From Squalus acanthias (taxonomy: Eukaryota): DNA of 64,000 nucleotides. Under the pieces are notes generated by a model. It saw nothing but the letters and a program-made list of their open reading frames with translations, was not told where the DNA came from and did not search any database. The translations under genes and the position numbers were made by a program. This document shows, piece after piece, positions 47,801-59,355 of the stretch; position 1 is the stretch's first letter, and each line of letters starts with the position of its first letter. The DNA lies in contig CM059432.1 in assembly GCA_030390025.1 (NCBI GenBank), positions 18,044,001-18,108,000 of the forward strand, in the 5' to 3' direction.

Positions 47801-49179
47801 ATCCTGGCCAACATTTCTCCCTCAACCACAACAAAAACAAAACAAAAACAGATTAACTGTCATTCCTCTGATGTTTGTGGGACCTTGCTGGGTGCAATCT
47901 ACATTCGCCTAGATACCAACAGGGACTATACATCAATGAATGTGAAGCACTTTGGATGGCCTGAGGACATGATAAGACAGTATATAAATGCAAATTATTT
48001 CTTTCTGCCCACTTAAAGTAGCATTTAGTATGTAATTTTTGCCAAATATTTTTTGAAGGTCTAGGTACACCATGAGCTTTCCACAGTCCACTTGGGATAT
48101 CACTCCTCAAAAGTCAGATTGGTAAGCTAGGATCTTCCTTTTCTGAATTCATTTTGACTGTTATTACTGCACAAATAATTTTTACTTCTGATCATTTTTA
48201 AAGTCAAACTGAATACTTGCAATCTGATTTAATGATCTAATAACCTTGTGTTCAAACAGCTTTTACATAATTATTGCGCAGATTTGTACACCACTGCAGC
48301 ATCACTGAGACCGTGAGAGATGAAAGGCTACTGAGTGAATTCGAGAACCAAATTTTGGAAGCAGCTGAAGCGAAATAAATATGTCACAACACAGTAACAA
48401 AAGATAAGAAAACAAATAATTTAAGAGTTATACTTTAAACAACAGCAAATCAGGATAGCAAAAAGACATTGAATACAAGTAAATAGCCTTGTGCATGGTA
48501 TCTCAAGCATGCTTTATCACTGCATTTTGATTTTTTTCCCCCCTCAAAATGACTAGCCTTTGCTCATTGCCATAGAAAGTACACTGATAACAGACTCACT
48601 TAAGGTACAACTTACTATATAATTTTCAAATAATGTGCCCCTGGTTTGGGTCCAGCTTTTAATATAAAATAGTATGCATTGCATTTAAGACTTATGTCTT
48701 CTGTTGTACTGACCATTGTTGAGGCAATCTGATGAGTATTGAACAGCAGTAATGCTGCATTAAATGCACATTTCAGAACATTTTAGAAGACTACAGCTTT
48801 TGGTGTGAGCAAATATGTCCATGATGTTTAACACTTATTTCTACATCACCACCAATGCTACCAAAATCTAATCCAAGTACTCTAGCATATTAACTCACCC
48901 ATTAGGGTGGGCATCTTAGATATTTTAAATAATCCCAATGGTTGAATGAAAAGGAATAAAGGGATATGGGAACAGAACAGGCACATGCAATTGGAACTAC
49001 CGCCTACGTGGTGGATAAACAGCAAAACTGATTGGTTGGGCTGGACGGCCTTTTTCAGTGTTGGAATTTTTATGTAATTCTATATTAAAAGCCATTTCAC
49101 ACAAAATCAGCTAAATTATATTAAGAAACCGGATAACTGTGGTAGCATTAATCACATTTTTTCTTTTAACTATGTTAGG

Positions 49180-50940
49180 AATTAGAGGGCCATTCGGGAC
49201 TGCATAGGCCTGTTGAAGGATTCCTCAGGGCAGTCAGGTGAACTCCCAGGATATGGCAAATGTTTTAAATTGCTTACTCTAGCAGACCAAGCTCAGTTAC
49301 TAATAATGTAATGCACAGCTGACTCTAAAATTGCAAGTGTCAAAATGGAAGCAGATATCATCCTTGATAGAAGGTGTCTCAAAACAGATCGGGCTGCTGC
49401 CCCTGATGGCATTTACCCAACGGTGCTTCAAGAAAGAGGAGCTGCGCTCATTGAGCCCTTTGCTTATATATTTAACATCTCCCTAGGACCTGGGATTGTT
49501 CCCATGGACTGGAAGGAGGCACATATTGCCCTTTCTGAATATTAACACAATTATAGGCCCATTAGTTTGACTTTGGTTATAGGCAGGTTGTTAGAAGGGA
49601 ATATTCTTATATTTTTAAAATACTTTTGACAAGTTGTCACACAATAGACTACTTTTTAAAGAGATAATTGCCGGCAGATTTTGGGTTGGAAAAGGAATTG
49701 GTTGCATTCTTGTAGGTAGAAGGTAGATATTAACGGTAATAGTTCTGCATGGATACCAGTTACTAGTGGAGTCCCGTAGGGCTTGGCGCTGGGAACCACT
49801 GCTGTTCGTAAACATTATTAATGATCTGGATGAGGTGTTAAAGGAACTGTCCGCAGATGACACAAATATGAGAGTATTAGGACCTTGGATGAGAAAAAGC
49901 AACTACAGTCAGATCCAGATGCATTGGGGGAATTGGCCTGCATCTCTTGGATGTCAATTAATAATAGATAAATCTAGTGTTAAGCACGTGGACAGGGTTA
50001 ATGGAAAGCATCTGTATACCATGCAGGGTTCCAAACTAAAGACTGTTGAACGGGAAACAGACCTAGGTGTTATAGTACAGGGATCTCTAAAGGTTCACAA
50101 CCAGTGTCTCGAAGCTATAGAAAAAGCAAATATCGTATTTGGGTGTATCGCTAGGCCAATTCAAAAAGCACAATATTGTCCTTTTATAAGACCTTGGTTA
50201 GGCCTCTTCTAGAATATAGCAACAGGGAAAACATGAGTTTTAGTCCCATAATGGGTGATTGTAGAGGTTCTGGAAAAGGTTCAGAAATGGGCCACTAGAT
50301 TGATACCTTTTTAAAAAAAAAAATTAATTCTTATGATGTAGGCATTGCTGGCAAGGCCACAACCCATGAATAAAAAGCATTACTTACATAGAATTTAATT
50401 GAGGTCTTTAAAATAATAAAGGCACTAATACGGTGTCCATTGACTACACAATTTGAATAAGATAGGTTAGGGAGAACCAGAGGACATGCGTACAAGTTAC
50501 GCAAGCATAAATCTGGGTTAGATGCCTGGAGAGTTTTTTTTCCCCCCCAGTAAGGGTCATCAACCTGTGGAGCAAGTTATTGGTTCGACCAGTGAGTGCA
50601 GATTCGCTGCAAGCATCCAAAAGGGAGTTGGAGGAGTTCCTGGCTGAAATCACAGCATACAAGAGGCAGTGGAGTCTGGTGTGATGTGTCACCTGATGAC
50701 TGTGGACCTCCTGGAAACCTTTTGATTGCCTTCAGGGTTCAAAGAGGAATTTTCCAAAATTATTTTCCCCCTGAATTGGTCTGGGGATCTTTCTCTGTTT
50801 CTTTCCATCGCCAAAGAGATTATATGCTGCTGGTGGGTGGGAGGCATTGAGGATCAGAATGCTCAGTTGAACCAGAACTGTTTGGGAGAGGCTCAACTTG
50901 ACTGGCTGGTCTGTTCCTATCCGTCATTTTCGTACATATG
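49180..50940 (+). mobile_element. Old, diverged CR1 ORF2 and 3' end
   Basis: PDGIYPTVLQE...VPMDWKEA; PLLF.NIINDLD...ADDT; ETDLGVIVQGSLK. Confidence 0.8.
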
Positions 50941-51159
50941 TTATCTGATCAATGAACTTCTTTTGAAGCTATAACAAAACTTTTGAACAGTATTTGATCT
51001 CAAGCTGCGGTTTCAATCCTATATCTTCCCGATCACAAAAACCACCTACTTTCTGCTCGGTAACATCACCCATCTCCACCCCTGCCTCAGCCCATCTGCT
51101 GCTGAAACCTTCTTTTGTGCCTCAACTCTATTCCAATGCTCTCCTGACCAGCCTCCCAT

Positions 51160-51712
51160 ACCAGCTGTGGCTCAGTGGTAGCACTCTCATCCAAGTCAGA
51201 AAGTTGTGGGTTCAAGTCCCAATCTAGAGACTTGAGCACAAGACATAGGCTGACACTCCAGTGCAGTACTGAGGGAGTGCTGTACTGTCAGGTGTGCCGT
51301 CTTTCAGACAAAACATGAAATCGAGGTCCCTTCTGTCCTCTCAGATGGACATAAAGGATCCCAGGGCACTATTCGAAGAAGAGCAGGGGATTCTCCCCAA
51401 TGGCATGGCCAATATTTATCCCCACCAACATCACTAAAACAGATCATCACATTGCTCTTTGTGGGAGCTTGCTGTGCGCAAATTGGCTACAGCGTTTCCT
51501 ATATTACAACAGTGATTGTACTTCAAAAGAAATTAATTGGCTAAATTGGGTAGAGTTGGTGTTTTGTTTAATGCAACTGACTCAATAATGCAATAGGCCT
51601 TCCGTAATTTGTACCTAACTTCGCAGTCTCGCTGCATCAGGCTGTACAAACTGATTGTTGTGGGATTAAAGTGCTTTGGAAAGGCGCAAATAAAATGCAA
51701 GTCCTTCTTTCT
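51160..51712 (+). mobile_element. Deu-domain tRNA SINE interrupted by a 133-bp inverted duplication, nested in L2 fragments (about 51080-51160 and 51720-51990)
   Basis: gtggctcagtggtagcactc...gggttcaagtccc head; the tail resumes at aagtgctttgg...aatgcaagtc after 51668. Confidence 0.85.
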
Positions 51713-52482
51713 TCCATAAACTTCAGCTCCTCCAAAACTCTGCTGCCTGTATCCTATCCTGCACCAAGTTCTGCTCACTTATCACCCCTGTGCTCATTAA
51801 CCTACACTGGCTCCTGGTCCGCCAATGCCTCAAATTTAAAATTCTCATCCTCATGTTTAAATCCCTTCATGGCCTCACCCGGTCCCTATCCAGCTCTACA
51901 ACCTTCAGAGAACTCTGCTTTTACTCCAACTTTAGCCTTTTGTCCACCAAACTTCCTTCACCCCAGCATTGGCGGCTCTACCTTCAGCCGCCAGCCGCCC
52001 CTTTTTTTGGTTCAAGTGCTACCATCAAAAATTCCAAGATCAGCTACAGCAAAGAATACTCCTTACACCCGCAGAATGCACGATAATCCAACCTCAGAAT
52101 ATCAGAATACCACCCTCTACTGCAACGGTTCCCAACCTTTTCCTTCATGCGGACCACCAGCCGTTTAAAAATTGCTTCTGCGGACCACCAGCCGTTTAAA
52201 AATTTTTTTAACAGCCTATGGCTGACGAGAGTCAAACTTATATATATTTTTTCACGGACCACCTGCAGTACCCTCGCAGACCACCAGTGGTCCGCGGACC
52301 ACAGGTTGGGAAACAAACGCTGCTCTACTGCATCAGCATGTCATTTCCATAATCCCACAACAGTCAGTTTGTACAGCCTGACGCAGCAAGCCTGCGAAGT
52401 TAGGAACCAGTAACGGAAGGCCTATTGCATTATTGAGTCAGTTGCATTAAACAAATCACCAACTCTACTCAATTTAGCCAAT
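51536..52482. repeat. 133-bp inverted repeat pair (51536-51668 and 52350-52482)
   Basis: attggctaaattgggtagag...gttgtgggatta is the reverse complement of taatcccacaac...ctctactcaatttagccaat, with scattered mismatches. Confidence 0.92.
52123..52322. mobile_element. hAT (Charlie/MER5-like) MITE
   Basis: CAACGGTTCCCAACC...GGTTGGGAAAC(aaac)GCTG termini; perfect 8-bp TSD CTCTACTG (52115-52122 and 52323-52330). Confidence 0.92.
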
Positions 52483-53309
52483 CTTCCAAAACACTGAAGT
52501 TTTTTTCTGACCCTCAAAACTACTTAAGCAGTATCTATTTCATATCATCATCCAACATTATTTAACCTTGGCCAGTTACATTTTATAAGTGATATTCCCA
52601 CGATCCCAACATAACCGGAACCATTGTCCCTTAAAGAAATAAAATCACCTATAGCTCTAAAAGTCAATCCCATTCTGCAAGACACTCATTAACTTACTTT
52701 TTTTAAAAAGCAGCTCAGTCAACACTGGATACTTTTGATGCGAGTCTAATCAATACATCTATTACTCGAAGGAAACTTTTTTTTTCCATCTTGCTCATGG
52801 GTTTGCCCGTTATTCAATTATTTTCCCGCCGGCAGTTATTTGTTAAAGTTAAATAATCTGCTTACATTTCCCTTTCCCATACCTCTCAGTATTTTAGAGA
52901 CCTCTCTGTTCTCCAATAAAAAAAAAGTATAATTCTACCAATTATTTTGCATGAGAATTTGCAGCCCAGAATTATCCTCATTTCTCAGTGGGTAATTATG
53001 TGGTGTGGACTCATGCCCAGTTGAAAAGGAGAACATAGATAAATTAACTGAGGTCAGTCTTAAGGAACTATATAATAATCCACTGGCACATCCCAGCCAC
53101 TGGTTTTCCCATTTGATGATTAGAAAGAACTTGCATTTATACAAGTACCTTTCACAACCACAGGGGGTCTCAGAGCACTTACAGCCAATGAATTACTTTT
53201 GAAGAGTAAGCACTGTTGTTATGTAGGCAAATGCAGCAGCTAATTTGCACACTACAAAGTCCAACAAACAACAATGAGATAAATGACCAGATAATCTGTT
53301 TACTGGTGC

Positions 53310-54335
53310 TGACAAGTGCGAGAAGCTCTTGGACTTCTTTGTCGTTAAGATTGAGACCATCCATTCAACTGCCTCTGCCACATCCCTCCCTTGCACACCA
53401 AGCCAAAGCTCCCCCTTGCCCTAGCCTTGAACCCGCATTTTTCTATATTTTTCTCTCCTATCTCCCCCAATGCCCTCTCCGAGTTCATCTTGTCCATGAG
53501 ACCCACCTCCTGCTCCCTTGACCTTATTCTCACTGAACTGCTGACCACACAACTTCCATTCCGGATTCCCATGTTGGCTGACATAGTAAATGGTTCCCTC
53601 TCTTCAGGTACTGTTCCGCTCCCTTTCAAAATCATATCACACCCACTTCAAAAAACACACCTTCGGCCCCTCTGTCTTTGCCAAGTCCTACAACCTGTCG
53701 CCTTTAATCGGTACCCATTATTTTCACAACTCCATGTTTGAATCTCTCCAATTAGGTTTCCACACCTGCCACAGCACTGATATGGCCCAACACCTGCCAC
53801 AGCACTGATATGGCCCAACACCTGCCACAGCACTGATATGGCCCAACACCTGCCACAGCACTGATATGGCCCAACACCTGCCACAGCACCGATATGGCCC
53901 TAATCAAAGGATATCCTTTGTGACTGTGACCACGATGTACTATTCGTCCTCATCCTTCTCTGCAGCATTTGACATGGTCAGACACACCATTCTCCTCCAA
54001 CATCTCCCCTTCATTGTTAAGCTCAGTGGGTCTGTCCTCACTTGGTTCCACGTTTACTGATTGCTGGAGATGCTGTAGCTACGATTCAATGTCTGCTCTT
54101 CCAGTCCCCACAAAGTTACCTTTGGAGTGCTTCCCTTTGCCTCACTATTGGCAGCCATGTCTTTAAATGTCTAGGCCATACACTCTGGAATTCCCCACCC
54201 TACATCTCTGCAAGGCTCAACCACCCTCTCATTCTTTTAAGACCCTCCGTAAAACCCATCTCTGACCAAACTTTGAGTCACTCCTCCTAATATCTTCTTC
54301 TTTGGCTCAGCATCCATTTTTGTCTGATTACACTT
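53310..54335 (+). mobile_element. L2 LINE internal and 3' fragments
   Basis: PTSCSLD.I.TELL...LADIVNGSLSSGTVP; GF...CHST..AL; SAAFDMV.H.ILL. Confidence 0.8.
53763..53900 (+). repeat. 28-bp tandem repeat, 5 copies (cacctgccacagcactgatatggcccaa)
   Basis: Head-to-tail copies with no spacers; the unit is the L2 RT HSTETAL-equivalent segment. Confidence 0.95.
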
Positions 54336-55804
54336 CTTGGCTGAGCCAGGTCTGCTAAACACTTGTGTGCCATATACATTTAAATCTACATCCCTTGGAC
54401 TTACGGAGCGAAGCTGGGAACCGTACCAAGGGGAATGACCAGGGTGGGAGAGAATACGGGTTTTACCAAGGACAAAGGCATCAAAGGTTGATGAGAGCAC
54501 GTGATTGAGCATCTCACTGTATTTTTATTTGCAATACAGAATTACTACCAGTTTAAAATCACACCTTAAAAACAACCCAATAGCAGGATCATGTGACTCT
54601 CCATATTGTTGAAATTTGGGAGAAATGCAAGAACACTTATGTTCTTATAACACTTATCCACAACGCCTAGCTAACAACAATCAAAAGAATTTTGTGACAA
54701 ACCAAGTGTGCCGAATAGTTCATCCAAACCCACCTGTCCATTGCTAAAGATCTGTTAAGTGGACCACCTCATGCTTGCAACACACACCTCCAACCCGTTC
54801 ACCACATGCAATAGTTGGAAGGTCAGAATATCACTAGTTACAGTAAATGAAGCAAACTCAGCTTTAATACTGCACTCAACTATAAATACTCCTCCCCTCC
54901 CAAAATAAAAAACAAAAACTGGCACATACTTCTCCAGCTTAGAGGGTGAACAAGCGACCTTCTCCCAGGGCTCCTGCCAATTCCACTCTAACAAGTCACT
55001 GTTCCACTCACTAACAAGTCAGTACAATGATCTACTGACCTAGCTAAAAATCTGAGAGAATATATTTTAAAATTTAAAACAAAAAGGCTCTTTCACAATA
55101 GCAGTAAAAAGAAAAGTTTTGGAGACATTCATAAGAACATAAGAAATAAGAGCAGGAGTGGGCCATACGGCCCCTCGAGCCTGCTCCGCCATTCAATATC
55201 ATGGCTGATCATCGACCTCAACTCCACTTTCCCACCCGATGCCAGGGGAAACAACCTCTCAGCATCTACCCTGTCAATCCCCTTCAGAATCTTGTATGTT
55301 TCAATGAGATCACCTCTCAGTCTTCTAAACTCCAGAGTGTATAGGCCCATTCTACACAATCTCTCGTCATAGGACAGCCCTCTCATCCCAGGAATCAATC
55401 TAGTGAACCTTCGTTGCACCACCTCCAAGGCAAGTACATCCTTCCTTAGATAAGGAGACCAAAACTGTGCATAGTACTCCAGGTGTGGTCTCACCAAGGC
55501 CCTGTACAATTGTAGCAAGACTTCCTTACTCTTATACTCCAACCCCCTTGCAATAAAGGCCAACATGCCATTTGCCTTGCTTATTGCTTGCTGTACCTGC
55601 ATGCTAGCTTTCTGTGTTTCTTGCACGAGGACACCCAAATCTCTCTGAACACCAACATTTGAAAGTTTCTCACAATTTAAAAAATATTCTGTTTTTCTAT
55701 TCTTCCTACCAAAGTGAATAACCTCACATTTCCCTACATTATACTCCATCTGCCACCTTACTGCCCATTCACTTAGTCTATCTATATCCCTTTGCAGACT
55801 CTTT

Positions 55805-56618
55805 GGGCTGGATTTTCTCAGCCCTGAGGAGGTGGGACTGCCGGGAAAGTTGCAGGATTTGGGGGCGAATGGCAAACCCGCCCCCAACCCGCCTCCGTGC
55901 CTCTTGCCAGGAGGCGGGAAGCCGCCCGGCCCCGGGTCCCGTCCCCTTGGAGGCGGGAAGGGATTGAAGCCTATTAACTGCCTGTTAACAGGTAGAAAAT
56001 AGGATTATCCCCATTTTTGGCACTGAAGTGTGGGCTTCCCGACCTGGGGGAACCCCGCCAGGGTGTAGGACGCGAAGGAGGTCGTCTGCGGGGGTCGGAG
56101 GGGTCTGAAAGTGCGAAGTAGAGGTGAGTGATGAGTGCAAGTGTGGAGTGGTAAGTATTTGAGGTGAGTGTAAAGTGTTAGAAAATGTTAACTTACCTTT
56201 GTTTCTACCTACAGCCTTCAGCCGCTGTGGAGCCGTAGTCCCCGACATCTCCATTGTAGAGATCACAGACTGGCTGTTGGACCCTCCGACCCAACAGCCA
56301 GCTGATTTCTGCAAAGTAGAAAGGTTTGATGAGTCCTGAACACAAGGACTCATCAAACTACACAGAATGTCAGTGTTTGATAGCTTCACAGAGCAGTCAA
56401 ACGATGAAATTTCTTCTTTCAAAAGTTCTTGACAGATAACGTCATACGTTGACATGCTCTGTCACTGACTTCCCCCTAATTAGCCTGCTGAGTCCGCTGG
56501 GCGGGCTTAACAAGGTCAATCAGGGGAAAACCCCGCTGGTTGGCCGATGGAGGCGGGATTGAAAGCCGTCAAGCAGCAGTCCCGCCTCCAAAAGCTTCCC
56601 ATTGAGAAAATCCAGCCC
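55805..56618. mobile_element. PIF/Harbinger-type MITE
   Basis: 16-bp perfect TIR GGGCTGGATTTTCTCA; flanks TTT/TGT; inverted homologue at 63232-64000. Confidence 0.92.
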
Positions 56619-57808
56619 TGTGTGTTCTCACAGCTTACCGTCCCACCTAGCTTTGTATCAGCAGCAAACTTGGATACATTACACGCGGTCCCTAATATAG
56701 ATTGTAAATAGTTGAGGCCCCAACACTGATCCTTGTAGCTCCCCACTAGTTGCAGCCTGCCAACCTGAAAAAGATCCATTTATCCCTACTCTCTGTTTTC
56801 TGTCCGTTAACCAATCCTCTATCCATGCTACTATATTACCCCCAACCCCTTGAGCCCTAATCTTGTGTAATAACCTTTTATGTGGCACCTTATCGAATGC
56901 CTTTTGGAAATCCAAATGTACTACATCCACTGGTTCCCCTTTATCTACCCTACTAGTTACATCCTCAAAAAACTAATACATTTGTCAAACACGATTTTCC
57001 TTTCATAAAACCATGTTGACTCTGCCTAATCATGTTATGATTTTCTACCACTTCCTTAATAATGGATTCTAGCATTTTCCCGACGACTGATGTCAGGCTA
57101 ACTGGCCTGTAGATCCCGTTTTTTTCTCTCCCTCCTTTCTTGAATAGCGGTGTTACATTTGCAACCTTCCAATCTGGTGGGACCGTTCTAGAATCTAGGG
57201 AATTTTGGAAGATCAAAACCAATGCATCCACTATCTCTTCAGCCACCTCTTTTAGAACCCTAGGATGTAGGCTGTCAGGTCCAGGGGATTTGTCGGCTTT
57301 TAGTCCCATTAGTTTCTCTAGTACTTTTTCCTCTACTTATATTAATTAGGTTAAGTTCCTCACCCTCATTAGACCCTTGGTTCCCCACCATTTTTGGTAT
57401 GCTTTTTGTCTTCAACTGTGAAGACAGATACAAAATATTTGTTTAATGTTTCAGCCATTTCCTTATTCCCCACAATAATTTCTCCTGTCTCAGCCTCTAA
57501 GGGAACAACGTTTACTTTTGCTACTCTCTTCCTTTTTACATACTTGTAGAAGCTCTTACAATCTGCTTTTATATTTCTTGCTAGTTTGCTCTCACATTCT
57601 ATTTTTTCCCTTATCATCAATTTTTTGGTCAACCTTTGCTGGTTTCTGAAACTCTCCCAATCCTCAGGCTTACTATTATTCTTTGCAACATTATAAGCTT
57701 CTTCTTTCAATCTAATGCTATCCTTAACTTCTTTAGTTAGTCACGGTTGGATCACATTTCCCGTGGCGTTTTTGTTTCTCAATGGAATGTATTTTTGTTG
57801 AGAATTAT

Positions 57809-59355
57809 AAGAACATAAGAAATAGGAGCAGGCCATTCGGCCCTTTGAGCCTGCTCCGCCATTCAATGAGATCATGGCCGATCTTCTGCCTCAACTCCAT
57901 TCACCAGCCCTATCGCCATATCCCTTGATGCCCTTACTAGTCAGAAATCTATTGACTTCTGTTTTGAATATACTCAATGACTGAGCCTCCACAGCCCTCT
58001 GGGGTAGAGAATTCCAAAGATTCACCACCCTCTGTGTGAAGAAATTTCTTCTCACCTCAGTCCTGAATGGCCTACCCTTTATCCGGAGGCTGTGGCCCCT
58101 GGTTCTAGACTCCCCAGCCAAGGGAAACATTCTCCCAGCATCCATCCTATCAAGCCTTGTAATAATTTTGTATGCTTCAATGAGATCCCCTCTCATTCTT
58201 CTGAATTCAAGAGAATACAGGCCTAGTTTACTCAATCTCTTCTCATACGACAGTCCCACCATCCCAGGAATCAATCTCGTGAACCTTCGTTGCACTCCCT
58301 CTATGGCAAGTATATCCTTCCTTAGGTAAAGAGACCAAAATTGTACACAGTACTCCAGGTGTGGTCTCATCAAGGCCCTATATAATTGGAGTAAGGCTTC
58401 TTTACTCCTGTACTCAAATCCTCTTGTAATGAAGGCCAGCATATCATTTGCCTTCCTAATGGCTTGCTGCACCTGCACATTCACTTTCAGTGACTCATGT
58501 ACAAGAACACCCAGGTCCCTTTGAGCATCTGCATTCCCCAATCTTTCACCATTTAGGAAATACTCTGCCTTTCTGTTTTTTCTACCAAAGTGGATAACTT
58601 CACATTTATCCACATTATATTCCATCTGTCATGTTCTCGCCCACTCACTGAGCCTGTCGAGATCCCCTTGAAGCCTCTTCACAACTGACACTGCCACCGA
58701 GCTTTGTAGCATCAGCAAATTTGGAAATGTTACATTTAGTCCCCTCATCCAAATTATTGATATAGATTGTGAATAGCTGGGGCCCAAGCACAGATTCTTG
58801 CGGTACCCCACTAGTCACAGCTTGCCATCCTGAAAAAGACCTGTTTATCCCTACTCTTTGCTTTCTGTCGGTTAACCAATTCTCAATCCATGCTAGTATA
58901 TTACCCCCAATTCCATGTGCCCTAATTTTGCTCACCAACCTCTTGAGGGACCTTATCGAAGGCCTTCTGAAAATCCAGATACACCACATCTACCGGTTCC
59001 CCTTTGTCTACTCCACTAGTTACATGCTCAAAGAACTCAAATAGGTTTGTGAAACAGGATTTCCCTTTCATAAATCCATGTTGACTCTGCCCAATCTTAC
59101 TATTAGTTTCTAAGTGCCCAGTTATTGCATCCTTTATAATAGGTTCCAGCATTTTCCCAACTACTGATGTGAGGCTAACAGGTCTGTAGTTCCCCGTTTT
59201 CTCTCTCCCTCCTTTCTTAAATAGCGGGGTTACATTTGCTATCCTCCAATCTGCAGGAACAATTCCAGAATCTATAGAATTTTGGAAGATGACAACCAAT
59301 GCGTCCACTATCCCAGTGGCCACCTCTTTCAAAACCCTAGGGTGTATGTCATCAT
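57809..59355 (-). mobile_element. 5'-truncated CR1 'b' nested inside CR1 'a'
   Basis: Has its own aagaacataagaaatagg tail at 57809; RT ORFs 57891-58625, 58645-58989 and part of 58922-59533. Confidence 0.9.

Noticed and set aside
51160..51235. tRNA gene (also near 29890-29957, 37896 and 40659)
   Set aside because: A/B boxes run directly into SINE or LINE bodies, with no complete cloverleaf or terminator.
51536..52482. 947-bp transposon with 133-bp TIRs
   Set aside because: No TSD, and the interrupted SINE continues inside the arms, so only the left arm was inserted.
53763..53900. CRISPR-like array of 28-bp repeats
   Set aside because: There are no spacers and no cas genes; the unit derives from L2 RT sequence in a vertebrate context.
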